Shown here one piece after another: positions 61,984-64,000 of a DNA stretch of 64,000 nt. Each line of letters begins with the position of its first letter. Position 1 is the stretch's first letter. The position numbers and the translations under genes are program-made. The DNA lies in assembly GCA_051313645.2 (NCBI GenBank), contig JBNRSN020000002.1, positions 74,462,001 through 74,526,000 on the forward strand, written 5' to 3'. The stretch is from Centroscyllium fabricii (Eukaryota). The notes under the pieces are model-generated. The model did no database searches. It had not been told where the DNA came from and saw only the letters and a program-made list of their open reading frames with translations.

Positions 61984-62399
61984 CCACAGATTGGAACATG
62001 TTAAATGATATACAGAAGTGGACAAGAGAATTATAAAAACATTAAAGCACTGCTACCATGTCACAACATGCTGTACATAAAAAGCAATAAACTCTATGTT
62101 AACTGATTAAAATCCCCTTCCACCCACAACCCTACAAACAATCCTGACAATTGTCAACTACAAAAACAGTGATAAATGAATTAGAAAGATAATTAAGAAA
62201 ACAAGGGAAAATATAAAAGTATAAGGTATTGGAAAAGCAGCAATTTAGCCAGCGCTAAACAGCAACAACAACTTACATGTCCCAGGATAAAAGGTTATGC
62301 TTCAAATGGGATACAATTATCAGAAACCAAAACCTTAACTTCACTATTCCTTTCAGAGGCTGACTGACCTGCTGTACATTTCTAGCATTTATTTTTATA

Positions 62400-62782
62400 C
62401 AGGTTGGGCACTGGTAAACCGGCACCCGATGGTCCGGCACCTTCAGTGGTCCGGCACAAAATCAAAGCAGCGGTCTTCAGTTTGCCGAGCAGCCGCTCGG
62501 CGGCGCCAACATTTCCCACAGTTTGGTTTGCTGGTATTTTAGGTGTTCTATCTCCGGGCTCCCTCCCGGGGAGTGTTCCACCTGCGCGCTCCGGCCCCGT
62601 GGAGTGCTCCACCTGCGGGCTCCGTCCGGCATCTTCAGTGGTCCTTGGACTGTTCTACCCGTGCGCTGCGGCCACTTGGACTGTTCTACCCGTGCGCTCT
62701 CCGAACTTTCAATGGTTAGGAATTTTCAATGGTCCGGCACCGTCGTGGTCCCGAGGGTGCCGGATTACCGGTGCTCAACCTG
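62400..62782. mobile_element. Tigger-type MITE
   Basis: TIR CAGGTTGGGCACTGGTAA / TTACCGGTGCTCAACCTG with TA TSD. Confidence 0.88.
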
Positions 62783-63837
62783 TATAACGGAATTCCAGCA
62801 TTTAAGTTTCTAACCAAAACCACAGATTTGCTGTGAAAGGGCAAGATCGGTAAAAATCCACAATATTGTAATTTTGATTATGAAAGTTAAAGAAATATGA
62901 ACTACGATATCTCTACAGAAAGAGTCTTTAGTGTGGGCTCCGTTACTAAACTTCCCCCAAATAACACAAAAGCACACTGTATTCAATAACAACTCAAAGC
63001 CACCAGAGTTATAATTTGCTAATTATTTTAATCATTGCAGAGATCCGAAATAATACAATTAATCACCAAAAAATTAAACCTGCATCACAGACCCTCAGAA
63101 CACAATTAATCATTTGGAATAAACTTCCCCACTGACGAACAAAATGTTAATAATATGTAACCTGTTGTGGATATGCCAACATTTTTGATTCACGAGTGAC
63201 TCAAACAGAAGTGCTGAGATGGTGTGGCATTTAAAAGATGAACGCCAACAACTTATCAACAATATCTCATCAGATTCCCACTCACTAACCAACATCACAT
63301 CTCTAATTAAAACGGTCTTAAAGTGAAAAAACAGAAAACAAGAATTGAAAATTCTGAAAACTACGCAGACAGAAACATTCTCTACATTCTCCTCGCCTTC
63401 CCCCAGTTCTTCTCCCCTGCTCTGGAAGATTGCAACTCATGCTGCAGTTTAGCTCCGCAGGCACTGGCAAGGCTCATGTTAGCCCAGACAGAGAGTGTCA
63501 GCAGGCTATTCAACTGTGGGACATCTTCACCCACCAGGAATGGGATGACTGGCTGTCATTTCCACAGCCTGGCCCAGGACACTCATAGTGCATCCACCAT
63601 CATACCAGCTCGGATCAGCTAATTCTGCAGGCTCTCCTGGCCTGGCCAGATCAGTATCTCATTATGCAGTGTTATTACTAAGGGAGCCATGGGGGAATGT
63701 TAGACATTTAAAAAAGATATATAAAATCCCAGGATTTTTAATGTGTTGATGATATAAACATCAGCCCACATTTTCTGTGTTGGAAAGAAAGGTGGAGAGG
63801 GAGAGAGAAGGAAGGAAGGGAAGAAACAGAAAGAATG

Positions 63838-64000
63838 GTGGATGTGAGCTACCTTTTTGAATTGCTGTAGTCTGTGTGGTGAAGGGACTCCCACAGTGCT
63901 GTCAGGGAGGGAGTTCCATGATTTTGACCCAGTGATGATGAAGGAATGTTGATATATGTCCAAGTCAGGATGGTGTGTGACCTGGAGGGGAATTTGGAGG
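63838..64000 (-). mobile_element. CR1 family-2 LINE 3' fragment (runs off window)
   Basis: Matches 1085-1245. Confidence 0.8.

Overview
Eukaryotic (vertebrate) genomic DNA, almost certainly from a shark or ray: it carries HE1-type V-SINEs, HER1/CR1 LINEs, Deu-domain SINEs, Rex1, L2, RTE, Penelope remnants and many Harbinger- and Tigger-type MITEs. The one host-gene coding segment I can identify is a 69-nt exon on the minus strand (52681-52749) encoding MYCAYTIPGMGGNSLMYYYNGKA followed by a GTAAGT donor. This is the alternative first exon of the short isoform TCF4-A (E2-2 Alt). The window therefore appears to lie inside the large TCF4 intron preceding the shared VYAPS... exon; I did not find the flanking constitutive exons by eye. 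About 1-46 kb and 59-64 kb are dense with nested transposon fossils, while about 46.4-59.3 kb around the TCF4-A promoter is nearly transposon-free. All long ORFs in the supplied track are transposon remnants or spurious. The most unusual items are: (1) a Penelope-type minimal hammerhead ribozyme, sense to TCF4, split at its cleavage site by a MITE; (2) a 5S-rRNA-promoter SINE with a Rex1-type tail; (3) a 3.9-kb fold-back Harbinger chimera; (4) MITEs carrying phased NRF1/YY1 motif arrays; (5) an overlapping uORF on the TCF4-A start codon. Family names come from recalled consensus sequences, not database searches, and LINE/SINE boundaries are approximate (tens of bp).
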